A stretch of 62,814 nucleotides of DNA, filler included, from Asterionella formosa (Eukaryota): NCBI GenBank assembly GCA_002256025.1. It is 34 parts of 34 records of this genome, joined end to end, with 100 filler letters (N's around TTAATTAATTAA, not from the genome) between each part and the next. Parts side by side here need not be neighbours in the genome. Positions count along the whole stretch, not along the records: positions 61,606 to 62,814 come from NKIB01003659.1; 33 more parts are not named here. One strand, given 5' to 3'. Shown one piece after another: positions 62,062 through 62,814 of the stretch. Position 1 is the stretch's first letter. Each line of letters begins with the position of its first letter. The position numbers were made by a program, and so were the translations under genes. The notes beneath the pieces are model-generated. The model was not told the DNA's origin. It was given only the letters and a program-made list of their open reading frames with translations, and did not search any database.

Positions 62062-62814
62062 TGTTGGAGGCTATAAAGACTCCGGGTGACGTTGAGAGTC
62101 TGATGAGTCAAGTCGTGAAATGTTTCATGGGACTGACAGTGGGATCAAAATTAGTTGGAGTAGAAGTCTTGAATTGTATTTGGTAAGATTGAATTTGACA
62201 GGATTAAGTTTGGCAGGACCAGTTGGCAGGATTGAAGGTTTAGATATAATTACAATTAGTTCACAATCTGAGAAACCTTGCTGACTTGAATACTAAGGTA
62301 CTAGTCTTTGGAGCCCTTCAACATACTTCGAAGTATAAAGGTTAGGACCCAGAGGCTGATTGTCGGTGAAAGAAAGAAAACAAAAGTTTGTACTAAGTCA
62401 CAATGGATGGATCCAAGGAGCGATAGTGACAAGATGAGTGTGAGACTTCCAATGTTTGATGGAGACCAGCCACAAGAAATTTCAAATGTGGAATACTCGA
62501 TTTAGAGCATTTGCCACTGTTAGCAGATTTGCTGAGGCATTAGCTCCACAGGCTATGATGCCAGCAAGAGAAGATGAGTTGATTGATGAAACAACTGATG
62601 ATGGCAGGTTGAAAGCATTGGCTGGCCATCAGGAGAAATGGTGTAGCTATGGCTAATTTGTCAATGGCTTTCACATCTGAAGGAACAATGGGATTGGTGT
62701 ACAAGGCGATGACTCCAGAGTGGCCAGGTGGGCTTGCTTATTTAGTAATGGAAGCTCTGAACAAGAAGTATCGACCTCAAGACACAATTACAAGAGTTGA
62801 GCTCAGGCAGAAGC
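62062..62814 (+). mobile_element. 5' end of a Ty1/Copia element: LTR (62062-62323), PBS-like site (62340-62352) and frameshifted gag from ATG 62407
   Basis: LTR TGTTGGAGGCT...AGCCCTTCAACA. GGTTAGGACCCAG resembles the copia GGTTATGGGCCCAG PBS. Gag motifs VRLPMFDG, FQMWNTRFRAFA and WPGGLAYLVMEALNKKYRPQD. Confidence 0.92.

Overview
This window is not one continuous locus. It is a concatenation of 34 assembly contigs joined by 100-bp artificial spacers (44 N + TTAATTAATTAA + 44 N). Thirty-three contigs are about 1.21 kb and one (17075-36607) is about 19.5 kb. The DNA is eukaryotic and most likely from a diatom, given CoDi-type Copia elements, long PPR proteins, a PGRL1 fragment and short GT-AG introns. 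One GC-rich bacterial contig (36708-37919) is mixed in. Most of the content is transposable-element debris: Ty1/Copia and Ty3/Gypsy pieces and solo LTRs, a Tc1/mariner-type MITE, Kolobok elements, a PIF/Harbinger end, a Plavaka/CMC-like transposase and an ITm remnant. Host genes include two PPR fragments, a SelT-family gene, a lysine methyltransferase, a prolyl 4-hydroxylase, an ARM-LRR protein, and PGRL1 and anoctamin pseudogenes. The most interesting signal concerns the pervasive GGTACC/TACCGGTA palindromic tracts. Paralogous copies within the window differ by TA to TA-CC(N)GG-TA insertions, which match the TA-CC...GG-TA ends of a MITE in the window. This suggests the tracts are accumulated transposon excision footprints. 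Other highlights are a SelT homologue with CxxU replaced by GxxW, a Kolobok family with a KolX-like ORF and a 6.6-kb cargo-carrying copy, and a fold-back Copia LTR. All family assignments come from motif recognition by eye, with no database searches.
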